64,000 bases of DNA, taken from NCBI GenBank assembly GCA_964589735.1, contig CAZPUL010000015.1:11165-75164 (forward strand), written 5' to 3'. Source of the DNA: an uncultured Verrucomicrobiota bacterium (GTDB lineage: Bacteria; Verrucomicrobiota; Verrucomicrobiia; Limisphaerales; JAEYXS01). A program made the position numbers and the translations under genes. Under the pieces are notes generated by a model that saw only the letters and a list, made by a program, of their open reading frames with translations, ran no database searches and was not told the DNA's origin. Positions 1-8,212 of the stretch are shown here, one piece after another; positions within the stretch are counted from its first letter, which is position 1; every line of letters starts with the position of its first letter.

Positions 1-1
1 C

Positions 2-2335
2 GGATACGTCGCACAGAATCATCTCATTGCCTGCCTGAACATGTTGACCACGGATATCTGCATCACCCCGAAAGGCCACGCCATTGTCGCCACGCACAGC
101 GGCAAGCCCGATTGGGGCACCGGTCCCAGCGGCATCGGCAAGCTGTTCCAGATCTCCTACACCGACAAAGCAGCCCCTCAACCGGTAGTGACCTACAGCG
201 CCAGTCCGACAGAGATCCGCATCGCCTTCGACCGTCCGTTGAATCCGGCAAACCTGAAGAATCTCGCGAAAGAAACGAAGATCACCCAAGGCAAATACGT
301 GATGCCCGGCGACCGCTTCGAAGCCATGTGGCCCGGCTATCAAGTCATCAAAGACCAGAAAGCCGTCCCGCGCTACAACGTCCCCGTCCTCGCCGCCAGC
401 GTCACACCCGACAACCGCACCATTGTATTGACCACGCCCCCACGCACCGCCGCCGTGAACTATGCCGTCGAATTGCCCAACATCTCCCGGAGCGCCGAGC
501 TCAGGTCCGGCGCGAATGCCAAAGCCGCCTACGACCAGATCGAAGTGCTGGCGGATTTGAACGGCGTACAGACAGAATGGACTTCAAAAGATGGCAAGGA
601 AAAGTGGAAAGGTTGGCTGCCACATGTGGATTTGAATGTAGCGAAGGCGTTCACGCAAGGAAGTGCGGAACATCAAAAGTTATGGGGCTGGGCCAAGGGG
701 CCTGGGAGTATAAAATATACTGGTCAGCTAGACCTAACCAGAATGCTGCAACCTGAAGTTCAACCTGGGGCAAAGTTAGACTACGAACCTGAACAGGAGC
801 AAATCCGCATCAGTTGGTATTATACAAAAGAATCGGGTCCGATGGATATACCAAGAGGTGCGATTAATGAAGGAACAGTATCATCGGACATGGCGTTTCG
901 TAGCGATTTCAGTTTGGTCCCAAACTCTACTTGGGCACCGCTTTCCATGACAGCTGATTTACCTTTTCAACCATCGCCGCTGCTCGCGACGTGGAAAAGT
1001 AAATCACAGCCTAATGTGGAACGCCCATTTCCTCTCCGCCGCTTCTTCCTCCCCGGCGCGCAACCTACTGTTGAACCCGTCAAGCTCGCCTCCGAGCGCG
1101 TAGTCCCCGAACTCGCTGGTGGCAACTGGTTGCGCGGGCAGAAGCTGTTCTTCAGCGAGCAAGCGGCTTGCTCGAAATGCCATCAAGTCGGTGGCGTCGG
1201 TGGTAAACTCGGCCCTGATCTCTCCAATCTCATTCACCGCGATTACGCCAGTGTCTTGCGCGACATCAGCGAACCCAGCGCGGCCATCAATCCCGATCAC
1301 ACCGCCTTCAACATCGAACTCAAAGATGGCGATGTCCTCACCGGCGTGGTGATTGGCGACACGGCTGACACGCTCACCCTCGGCAATGCCGTGGGGCAGC
1401 CCGTGCGCGTGGCCAAGAGCAACATCAAGAGCATCAAGCCCTCCTCGCTCTCTCTGATGCCCGAAGGCCTAGACAAAGGACTGGGCGAAGCGGCCATGAA
1501 AGATCTCATGACCTACCTCATGACCGTGCCGCTGGAGCCTGCACCCATCGAGATAGGCGGCGCGCCACCTGCACGTTCACGTGCTGAACTGAGCGCGGTG
1601 ATGAGCAGCCGTGAGCCCTTGCCCGCACAAATGAAGCCCATGCACATCGTCCTCTGCGCCGGTCCGAAGGATCATGGCAAAGGCGAGCATGATTATCCCA
1701 TGTGGCAACGTCGCTGGTCCAAGCTGCTGGCGATGAGCGAAGGCGTGACCGTCAGCACCGCAGACAAATGGCCGAGCGCGGAACAATTCGCGAAAGCCGA
1801 CGTCATCTGCTTCTTCAACAACAACCCTGTATGGGATGAAGCCAAGGGTCAGGAGCTGGACAGCTACCTCGCGCGCGGCAAAGGCGCGGTCTATTTCCAT
1901 TGGGCCGTGGAAGCCCGTGGTGATGCTGAGGCTTTCGCCCGCCGCATCGGCCTCGCTTCCAATTCATCTTTGCTGAAATATCGTCACGGGCCACTCGATT
2001 TCCAATTCGCCGAGCATCCGCTGGCCAAAGGATTCAATGCGACGAACTTCACCAAAGCGAAGTTTATCGATGAATCTTACTGGCTCTTCCGCGGTGATGA
2101 GAAGAACGTGAATCTCCTAGCGAGTTCCTTGGAAGATGGTCAGTTGCGGCCGCAACTGTGGACGCGCAATGTCGGTCCCGGCCGTGTCTTTGTGAGCATT
2201 CCGGGTCACTACAACTGGACGTTTGATGACCCGGTCTTCCGTGTGCTCGCGTTGCGCGGCATCTGCTGGGCGGCAGGGCAACCAGTTGACCGTCTCACGG
2301 ACCTGGCCCCGATCGGCGCGCGGATCGCGGAGTAG
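2..2335 (+). CDS. Large PVC-type protein, 5' end cut by the window edge: c-type heme-binding domain followed by a ThuA-like domain
   Basis: The frame is open from base 2, with no stop before the first ATG at 41, so the gene continues upstream. CxxCH motif in FFSEQAACSKCHQVGGVGGKLGPDLSNL. The C-terminal MHIVLCAGPKDHGKGEHDYPMWQ... region resembles ThuA. Confidence 0.8.
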   Translation, partial: GYVAQNHLIACLNMLTTDICITPKGHAIVATHSGKPDWGTGPSGIGKLFQISYTDKAAPQPVVTYSASPTEIRIAFDRPLNPANLKNLAKETKITQGKYVMPGDRFEAMWPGYQVIKDQKAVPRYNVPVLAASVTPDNRTIVLTTPPRTAAVNYAVELPNISRSAELRSGANAKAAYDQIEVLADLNGVQTEWTSKDGKEKWKGWLPHVDLNVAKAFTQGSAEHQKLWGWAKGPGSIKYTGQLDLTRMLQPEVQPGAKLDYEPEQEQIRISWYYTKESGPMDIPRGAINEGTVSSDMAFRSDFSLVPNSTWAPLSMTADLPFQPSPLLATWKSKSQPNVERPFPLRRFFLPGAQPTVEPVKLASERVVPELAGGNWLRGQKLFFSEQAACSKCHQVGGVGGKLGPDLSNLIHRDYASVLRDISEPSAAINPDHTAFNIELKDGDVLTGVVIGDTADTLTLGNAVGQPVRVAKSNIKSIKPSSLSLMPEGLDKGLGEAAMKDLMTYLMTVPLEPAPIEIGGAPPARSRAELSAVMSSREPLPAQMKPMHIVLCAGPKDHGKGEHDYPMWQRRWSKLLAMSEGVTVSTADKWPSAEQFAKADVICFFNNNPVWDEAKGQELDSYLARGKGAVYFHWAVEARGDAEAFARRIGLASNSSLLKYRHGPLDFQFAEHPLAKGFNATNFTKAKFIDESYWLFRGDEKNVNLLASSLEDGQLRPQLWTRNVGPGRVFVSIPGHYNWTFDDPVFRVLALRGICWAAGQPVDRLTDLAPIGARIAE

Positions 2336-2339
2336 CTGC

Positions 2340-3215
2340 TCACTTCAACCAGCCGAGTGAGCGGAGGAACAGCTCGCTTTGCACGAGGGCATCGTGGAAG
2401 AGCGCGCCGTCGAACATCAGGTAGCCGTGCACGCCGCCTTCGTTCACCACAAGTTCCGAGCGGTTGCCCGACTTCTGCATGGCATCATGAAATTTCTGCG
2501 CGCCTTTGAAGGGTGTCGTGGTGTCGCCGGTGCCATGCAGGGTGAGCGTGGGCGGCAGGCCGGGCTTCACCTGGTGCGCCGGTGAGAGTTCCTGCCAGCG
2601 ATTGCCAAGCAGAGCGTTGCCATAGCCTTCCTTCGAGGTGTCGATCACGGGGTAATAGAGGACCATCGCGTTCGGCACACTGGAGATCTTCACGTCATCC
2701 GAGGCTTCATCCAAGCCATCGAACAGGGCGGTGCTGGCGGCGACATGACCGCCGGCGGAACCGCCATTCACGGCGATGCGTTGTGGATCGATGCCCAATT
2801 CTTTCGCATGAGCACGCAGGTAGCGCATCGCCGAGCGGCCATCCTTCACGCAGTCGAAAACGGTATTGGTGCCCTTGGTGGTGACGAGGCGGTATTCCAG
2901 GCTGATGCCGACCATGCCAAGTTCAGCGAAGTGGGCAGCGAAGGGGTACATGCGCCGGGGTTCACCGCCGCGCCAGCCGCCCCCGTGGATCGTGAGGAAG
3001 CAGGGACGTTGATCGCCGGGCTTATGGCCCTTGGGATCGAAGATGTGGAGATGCAGCTCGCGGCCGTCGATCTGTTTGTAAACGACCTTGCGCGTGGGCT
3101 CGACCTTCGCGGCGATCTGAGCGGCGGGATCAAGCGGCTTGGGCGCGGCGGCTTGCAGGGGAGCACTGGTGGACAGGGTCAGGGTGAGCAAGCAGAGCAA
3201 GGCGAGAGGGCGCAT
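2340..3215 (-). CDS. Secreted alpha/beta hydrolase (esterase/lipase, fold-3-like)
   Basis: HGGGW oxyanion motif and GGSAGG (GxSxG) nucleophile elbow. Start chosen at the ATG at 3215, which gives a signal peptide MRPLALLCLLTLTLSTSAPLQA. The ORF runs on to 3338 but that part overlaps the neighbouring gene. Confidence 0.8.
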   Translation of the reverse strand: MRPLALLCLLTLTLSTSAPLQAAAPKPLDPAAQIAAKVEPTRKVVYKQIDGRELHLHIFDPKGHKPGDQRPCFLTIHGGGWRGGEPRRMYPFAAHFAELGMVGISLEYRLVTTKGTNTVFDCVKDGRSAMRYLRAHAKELGIDPQRIAVNGGSAGGHVAASTALFDGLDEASDDVKISSVPNAMVLYYPVIDTSKEGYGNALLGNRWQELSPAHQVKPGLPPTLTLHGTGDTTTPFKGAQKFHDAMQKSGNRSELVVNEGGVHGYLMFDGALFHDALVQSELFLRSLGWLK

Positions 3216-3294
3216 GGGTGGAATAGAACCTGAGCCCGCGCAGGAACGGAAGAAATTTTCTGACAGATGGGCTTTTGTGGTGTCTAATCTCCGC

Positions 3295-3996
3295 ATGGGA
3301 ACACAGGCACCATTGTTGCGGCTGGAAGGATTGTCCAAACAGTATCCTTCTGCGGAAGGGGCGGCGCCGCTCTATATCTTGAAAGAGGTCACGCTGGACA
3401 TCGCGGCAGGCGAGGCGGTGGCGATCATCGGGCCCTCCGGCTCGGGCAAGAGCACGTTGCTCAATGTGCTCGGCACGCTGGACCGGCCAAGCGCGGGCAA
3501 GGTGACCTTCGGCGGGCGCGAGGTGACGCAGCTCGATGAACTGGCGCTGGCAGCGTTGCGCAATCGCGAGATCGGTTTCATTTTCCAATCCCACCATCTG
3601 CTACCGCAATGCACGGTGCTGGAGAATGTGCTGGTGCCGACCTTGGCGGAAGGCAGCCAGCGCGGGCCGGAGAAGGTGGAGCGGGCGAAGAAGTTGCTCG
3701 CACGAGTCGGTTTGGCGGAGCGGTTGAGTCATCAGCCGGGGCAGCTCTCCGGTGGCGAACGTCAGCGCGTGGCGGTGGTGCGCGCCCTGATCAATGCGCC
3801 CAAGCTGGTGCTGGCGGACGAACCTACCGGCGCGCTGGACCGAGTGTCAGCGGATACGCTCGCGCAACTGCTGGTGGAACTGAACCGGGAGGAGGGTGTG
3901 ACGCTTATCGTGGTGACACATGCGCTGGACCTGGCGAAGAAGATGGGGCGGATACTGGAATTGCAGGACGGAAAACTGGTGGAGAAAAAGGGTTAA
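3295..3996 (+). CDS. ABC transporter ATP-binding protein (LolD/MacB-type)
   Basis: Walker A GPSGSGKST, signature LSGGERQR, Walker B LVLADEPT. Start taken at MGTQAPLLRLEGLSKQY (ATG 3295). Confidence 0.9.
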   Translation: MGTQAPLLRLEGLSKQYPSAEGAAPLYILKEVTLDIAAGEAVAIIGPSGSGKSTLLNVLGTLDRPSAGKVTFGGREVTQLDELALAALRNREIGFIFQSHHLLPQCTVLENVLVPTLAEGSQRGPEKVERAKKLLARVGLAERLSHQPGQLSGGERQRVAVVRALINAPKLVLADEPTGALDRVSADTLAQLLVELNREEGVTLIVVTHALDLAKKMGRILELQDGKLVEKKG

Positions 3997-4145
3997 CCAC
4001 AGATGGACACAGATCAACACAGATGGGGAATGGGGGGAGAAGTTGGGGGAACGTCCAACGCCCAACGTTCAACGTCCAACATTCAAAGCGGTGTGCGAAT
4101 GTTTCTGCACGCTATCTGTGTCCATCTGTGTCTATCCGTGGTTAA
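3993..4145. repeat. Composite inverted-repeat element: 34-bp arms of 3 x decamer ACACAGATNN around a core of 5 x heptamer YYCAACG
   Basis: Left arm ttaaccacagatggacacagatcaacacagatgg (3993-4026) matches the reverse complement of the right arm (4112-4145), ttaaccacggatagacacagatggacacagatag, at 28 of 34 positions. Core heptamers lie at 4054-4088. The element sits between the ABC ATPase and permease genes and overlaps the ATPase TAA stop. Confidence 0.85.
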
Positions 4146-4166
4146 AAGAAATCTGGAGGTGGGCGT

Positions 4167-7100
4167 ATGATGGGGTATGGGACATTGGTGCGGCGCAGCT
4201 TGGCCTATCATTGGCGAGCGCATCTGGGCGTGCTGCTTGGGGCCATCGTCGGTAGTGCGGTGTTGATCGGCGCGCTGCTGGTCGGGGATTCCGTGCGGGC
4301 AAGCTTGAAGAAGCTCGCGCTTTTGCGGCTGGGGCAGACGGAGCAGGCGCTGGCCTCAAACGACCGGTTTTTCCGCGCGGCTTTGGCGAAGGAGATTTCC
4401 ACGGAAGTGAAGACGCCGGTGACGCCCGTGGTGCAAGTGCTGGGCACGGCGAGTGCGCGGGGTGGTGAAGGACGCGCGAACAAGGTGCAGGTGCAAGGTG
4501 TGGAGAACGGTTTCTGGGAGCTCGCGCAGCAGAAGCCATCGTTCGCGACGATCCCGGATGGTTCAGTAGTGTTGAATGAGGGGCTCGCGCGGCAGTTGGG
4601 TGTGAAGGAGAAAGAGGACGTGGTGTTCCGGGTGCCGAAACCTTCGGCGCTTTCGCGCGATGCGCCACTCGCTTCGCAGGAAGATGCTTCGGCGGCGTTG
4701 CGCGTGACGGTGCATGCGGTCGTGAGCGATGAGGAATTCGGGCGGTTCGGGCTGCAAGCGAGCCAGGTGCCGCCCTTCAATGCGTTCATGCCGCTCGCGT
4801 GGCTTCAGCAGAAGCTGGACATCGCGGGCAAGGCGAACCTGTTGCTGGTGGGCAAGGGAACCGATGAAGCGGCGCTCACGGCGTCATTGAAAAAGCACTG
4901 GCAGATCGCCGATGCGCAGATCGAGTTGCGTGACCTGAAGGAAGTGAAGGCGATCGAGGTGCGCACGCCACGCGTGTTCCTTGATCCGCCGATGGTGGAG
5001 GCCTCCCAGAAAGCGGGCGCGAATGGGCAGAAGATCCTCACGTACTTCGCGAATGACCTCCGGTTGGGGACGAACACGGTACCGTACTCCATGGTGACGG
5101 CAGCGGGTGAACCGTGGGTGCCTGCGGGTCTCAAGGACGACGAGATCGTGCTGGGCGAATGGGCGGCGGAGGATTTGAGTGCGAAGGCGGGGGATACGGT
5201 GACGATGACGTATTACTTCGTGGGCATCGGGCGCAAGCTGGAGGAACGCACGAACACGTTCCGCGTGCATTCCATCGTGCCACTGAGCGGCATCTACGCG
5301 GACCGCAGTCTGATGCCGGATTTTCCGGGCATGACGGATGCGGAGAACTGCGGTGACTGGGACACAGGCTTTCCGATCAACATGGAGGCCATCACGCCGA
5401 AGGATGAAAAGTATTGGGATGACCACAAGGGCACACCGAAGGCGTTCATCAGCCTCGCGGCGGGACAGAAGCTTTGGGCCAACCGTTTCGGTGATCTGAC
5501 GGCGGTGCGGTATGACAGCGCGAATGTGACGACGAACCAGCTCGCGCAGGCCATCCAGCAACAGATGGACCCGGCGAGCGTGAGTCTGAGCTTCCTGCCC
5601 GTGCGGGAACAGGCGCTCAAGGCGGTGGCGCAATCACAAGATTTCGGCGGGCTCTTCATCGGGTTCAGCTTCTTCCTCATCGTGGCGGCGCTGTTGTTGA
5701 TGGCGTTGCTGTTTCAACTGGGTGTGGAACAACGGGCGCGCGAGGTGGGCACGTTGCTGGCGTTCGGGTTCACGCCCAAGCAGGTACGGAATCTGTTGCT
5801 GGGCGAGGGCAGTGCCTTGGCCTTGATCGGCGGGGTGCTTGGCGCGGTCGGTGGTATCTGGTATGCGCAGGGGATGCTCTACGGGCTGGCGAATCTGTGG
5901 CGCGATGCGGTGGGCACGTCGTCGCTGACGTTCCATGCGGAGCCGAAGACGTTGGTCATCGGCACCATCGCGAGTTTTTTTGTGGCGCTCATCACCATCT
6001 GGCTGGCGGTGCGCAAGCAGGTGCAACGGCCCGCGCGGGAACTGCTGGCAGAAGGCGCGGAGGAACGGCGCAGCGTGCTGGAAGGCGCGGCGAAGAAGGG
6101 CAAGGCGGGGATCATCGCGGCGACATGCATCGTGCTGGGCGTGGCCATGGTGGGCTGGGCGAAGTTCGGCGGGGAAGGCAGTGCGGCGGGCCTGTTCTTC
6201 GGCGCGGGCGGGTTGTTCCTCATCGGCGGACTCGCGGCGAGCGCGGCGTGGTTGAACAAATTGCGCGATGCGGGACTGCGTATGACGGCGGACCAGCTCG
6301 CGGCGCATTTTCATCTGAACGGCCTGGGCATCCGCAACGCAGTGCGGCGGCGCAAGCGCAGCCTGGCGACGATCAGTCTGCTGGCGTGCGGCAGCTTCCT
6401 CGTGGTGGCGGTGGGCGCGAACAAGCTGGATGCGACAGCGAATGCGACGAAGCGTTCGGCGGGCACGGGCGGGTTTGCATTCATCGGTGATACGACGCTG
6501 GCGGTGGTGCAGGACCTGAATTTGAAGGAAGGACGCGAGTTCTTCGGGCTGGATGACAAGAAACTGGCGGGCGTGTCCATCGTGCCATTCCGCGTGAAGG
6601 ATGGCGATGATGCGAGCTGCCTGAATCTGAACCGCGCGCAGACGCCACGCCTGCTGGGCGTGAATCCGCAGCTCTTGCAGGAGCGCGAGGCGTTCACATT
6701 TGCGAAGGTGATGAGCGGGGTGGACAAGACGGCGCCGTGGAATGCTTTGAAGAATGCAGCGGGCAGCGATGAAGTGGCGGCCATCGGTGATTTCAACTCC
6801 ATCATGTGGGCGATGGGCAAGAAGGTGGGGGATACGCTGGATTTCCGCGATGAACAGGGGCGGACGTTCAAGGTGCGCATCGTGGGTGCGGTGGCGAACT
6901 CCATCTTGCAAGGGAACCTGCTCATCGATGAAGCGGCGCTGGTGGCGAAGTATCCTTCGGAGGCCGGTTACCGCATGTTCCTGATCGATGCGCCGGCGGA
7001 ACGCGCCACTGAAGTCGCCGCGACACTGACGAAAGCCTTGCAGAACGAGGGCATGGAACTGACGCCCACGGCTCAGCGATTGAACGCTTATAATGCGGTG

Positions 7101-7487
7101 CAGAACACGTATCTCAGCACGTTTCAGATCTTGGGCGGGCTTGGCCTGTTGCTCGGCAGCCTCGGCTTGGGCGTGGTGGTGCTGCGCAATGTGCTGGAGC
7201 GGCGCGGTGAACTGGCGCTGATGCAGGCGGTCGGGTTCCGCGCGCAGACCTTGAAGTGGCTGGTGGTGAGCGAGCATGGCGTGTTGTTGCTCGTGGGCCT
7301 GACGGTGGGGGTCGTGTCGGCGCTGGTCGCGGTGTTGCCCGCGTTGCTGTCGCCGGGAGCGGAGGTGCCGTATGCGTCGCTGGCGGTGACGCTCGGGGCG
7401 GTGCTCATCAGTGGTGGGGTGTGGACGCTGGTCGCCGCCTCATTTGCGTTGCGGGGTCAGTTGATGGATGGGCTGCGGAGTGAATAA
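4167..7487 (+). CDS. ABC transporter permease with duplicated FtsX domains (MacB/YbbP-like)
   Basis: 1106 aa. There are two blocks of four TM helices, each after a large extracytoplasmic domain, and it follows the ABC ATPase. The 547-aa antisense ORF was rejected. Confidence 0.85.
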   Translation: MMGYGTLVRRSLAYHWRAHLGVLLGAIVGSAVLIGALLVGDSVRASLKKLALLRLGQTEQALASNDRFFRAALAKEISTEVKTPVTPVVQVLGTASARGGEGRANKVQVQGVENGFWELAQQKPSFATIPDGSVVLNEGLARQLGVKEKEDVVFRVPKPSALSRDAPLASQEDASAALRVTVHAVVSDEEFGRFGLQASQVPPFNAFMPLAWLQQKLDIAGKANLLLVGKGTDEAALTASLKKHWQIADAQIELRDLKEVKAIEVRTPRVFLDPPMVEASQKAGANGQKILTYFANDLRLGTNTVPYSMVTAAGEPWVPAGLKDDEIVLGEWAAEDLSAKAGDTVTMTYYFVGIGRKLEERTNTFRVHSIVPLSGIYADRSLMPDFPGMTDAENCGDWDTGFPINMEAITPKDEKYWDDHKGTPKAFISLAAGQKLWANRFGDLTAVRYDSANVTTNQLAQAIQQQMDPASVSLSFLPVREQALKAVAQSQDFGGLFIGFSFFLIVAALLLMALLFQLGVEQRAREVGTLLAFGFTPKQVRNLLLGEGSALALIGGVLGAVGGIWYAQGMLYGLANLWRDAVGTSSLTFHAEPKTLVIGTIASFFVALITIWLAVRKQVQRPARELLAEGAEERRSVLEGAAKKGKAGIIAATCIVLGVAMVGWAKFGGEGSAAGLFFGAGGLFLIGGLAASAAWLNKLRDAGLRMTADQLAAHFHLNGLGIRNAVRRRKRSLATISLLACGSFLVVAVGANKLDATANATKRSAGTGGFAFIGDTTLAVVQDLNLKEGREFFGLDDKKLAGVSIVPFRVKDGDDASCLNLNRAQTPRLLGVNPQLLQEREAFTFAKVMSGVDKTAPWNALKNAAGSDEVAAIGDFNSIMWAMGKKVGDTLDFRDEQGRTFKVRIVGAVANSILQGNLLIDEAALVAKYPSEAGYRMFLIDAPAERATEVAATLTKALQNEGMELTPTAQRLNAYNAVQNTYLSTFQILGGLGLLLGSLGLGVVVLRNVLERRGELALMQAVGFRAQTLKWLVVSEHGVLLLVGLTVGVVSALVAVLPALLSPGAEVPYASLAVTLGAVLISGGVWTLVAASFALRGQLMDGLRSE

Positions 7488-7522
7488 AGGAGAAGATGGC
7501 GGCTACGGATTTGGGCAGGGCA

Positions 7523-7547
7523 GTGCGGATTGAGGAGCAATCCGCAC
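7523..7547 (+). terminator. Hairpin downstream of the permease gene (possible terminator)
   Basis: gtgcggattg-aggag-caatccgcac forms a perfect 10-bp stem 36 nt after the stop. The downstream tract agtttgaatt is only weakly T-rich. Confidence 0.35.
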
Positions 7548-8212
7548 AGTTTGAATTCACACTCCTTGATGAACGGGGCGGACCATCGGCGGGTAGCGCG
7601 CGGTCCACGAAGTTCGGTTTCGCACGGCCAAGGTCACACCGGGTGGTTACGCGGGCATGGCGGGCAGGCAACGATTGGGTGAAAGGGGGATAAACCACAG
7701 CCCCGACAAGTTGTCGGGGTGAAAATACTCAGAATACACAGAAAGCGAGAGGGAAAATGGCCGAAGGAGTCGATCCCTGAAATTTAGTCTCCATATAGCG
7801 CATATAGCTCATATAGGCATCACGCATCTCAGATTTCTAGGGCATTGTGGGCACGTCATGAAGAAGCTCAAAGCTCAAAGGAATCGTTAAAAGGGTTAAA
7901 GAGGTTGAATGGTGAACCGAGACGGGAAAGCCCTTGTGGGCGGGAAAAAACGAAATTTTGTCTCCATGGAGCTCACCGGGCGCACCGAAGCCTCACGGGT
8001 TCGGAGAAATCATGGCAGATTGGCGGTCAGAAACGGGAAGGCCCAGTGCGGTCCTGACCGGCAAATCAGGAAAACATAGTGCGGACCAAGAGCAATGAAG
8101 GTGAAGGGGTATGAAAGGTGAATCGTCTAATAAGGTGGCAGCGGATGCTTGGCCTATCCCTTTGACAGGGATGGGGCGGGGTGGTTTAACAGTTGTATCC
8201 CTCGGTAAACGC

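Noticed and set aside
5634-7277. 547-aa ORF on the minus strand
   Set aside because: Antisense to the FtsX permease. Gln/Arg/His-rich junk translation.
7496-7693. 65-aa ORF right after the permease gene, plus other 60-110-aa ORFs at 7845-8057 and 7993-8214
   Set aside because: They span hairpin and repeat sequences, the translations are Arg/Gly/Ser-rich, and neighbouring ORFs on both strands overlap them.
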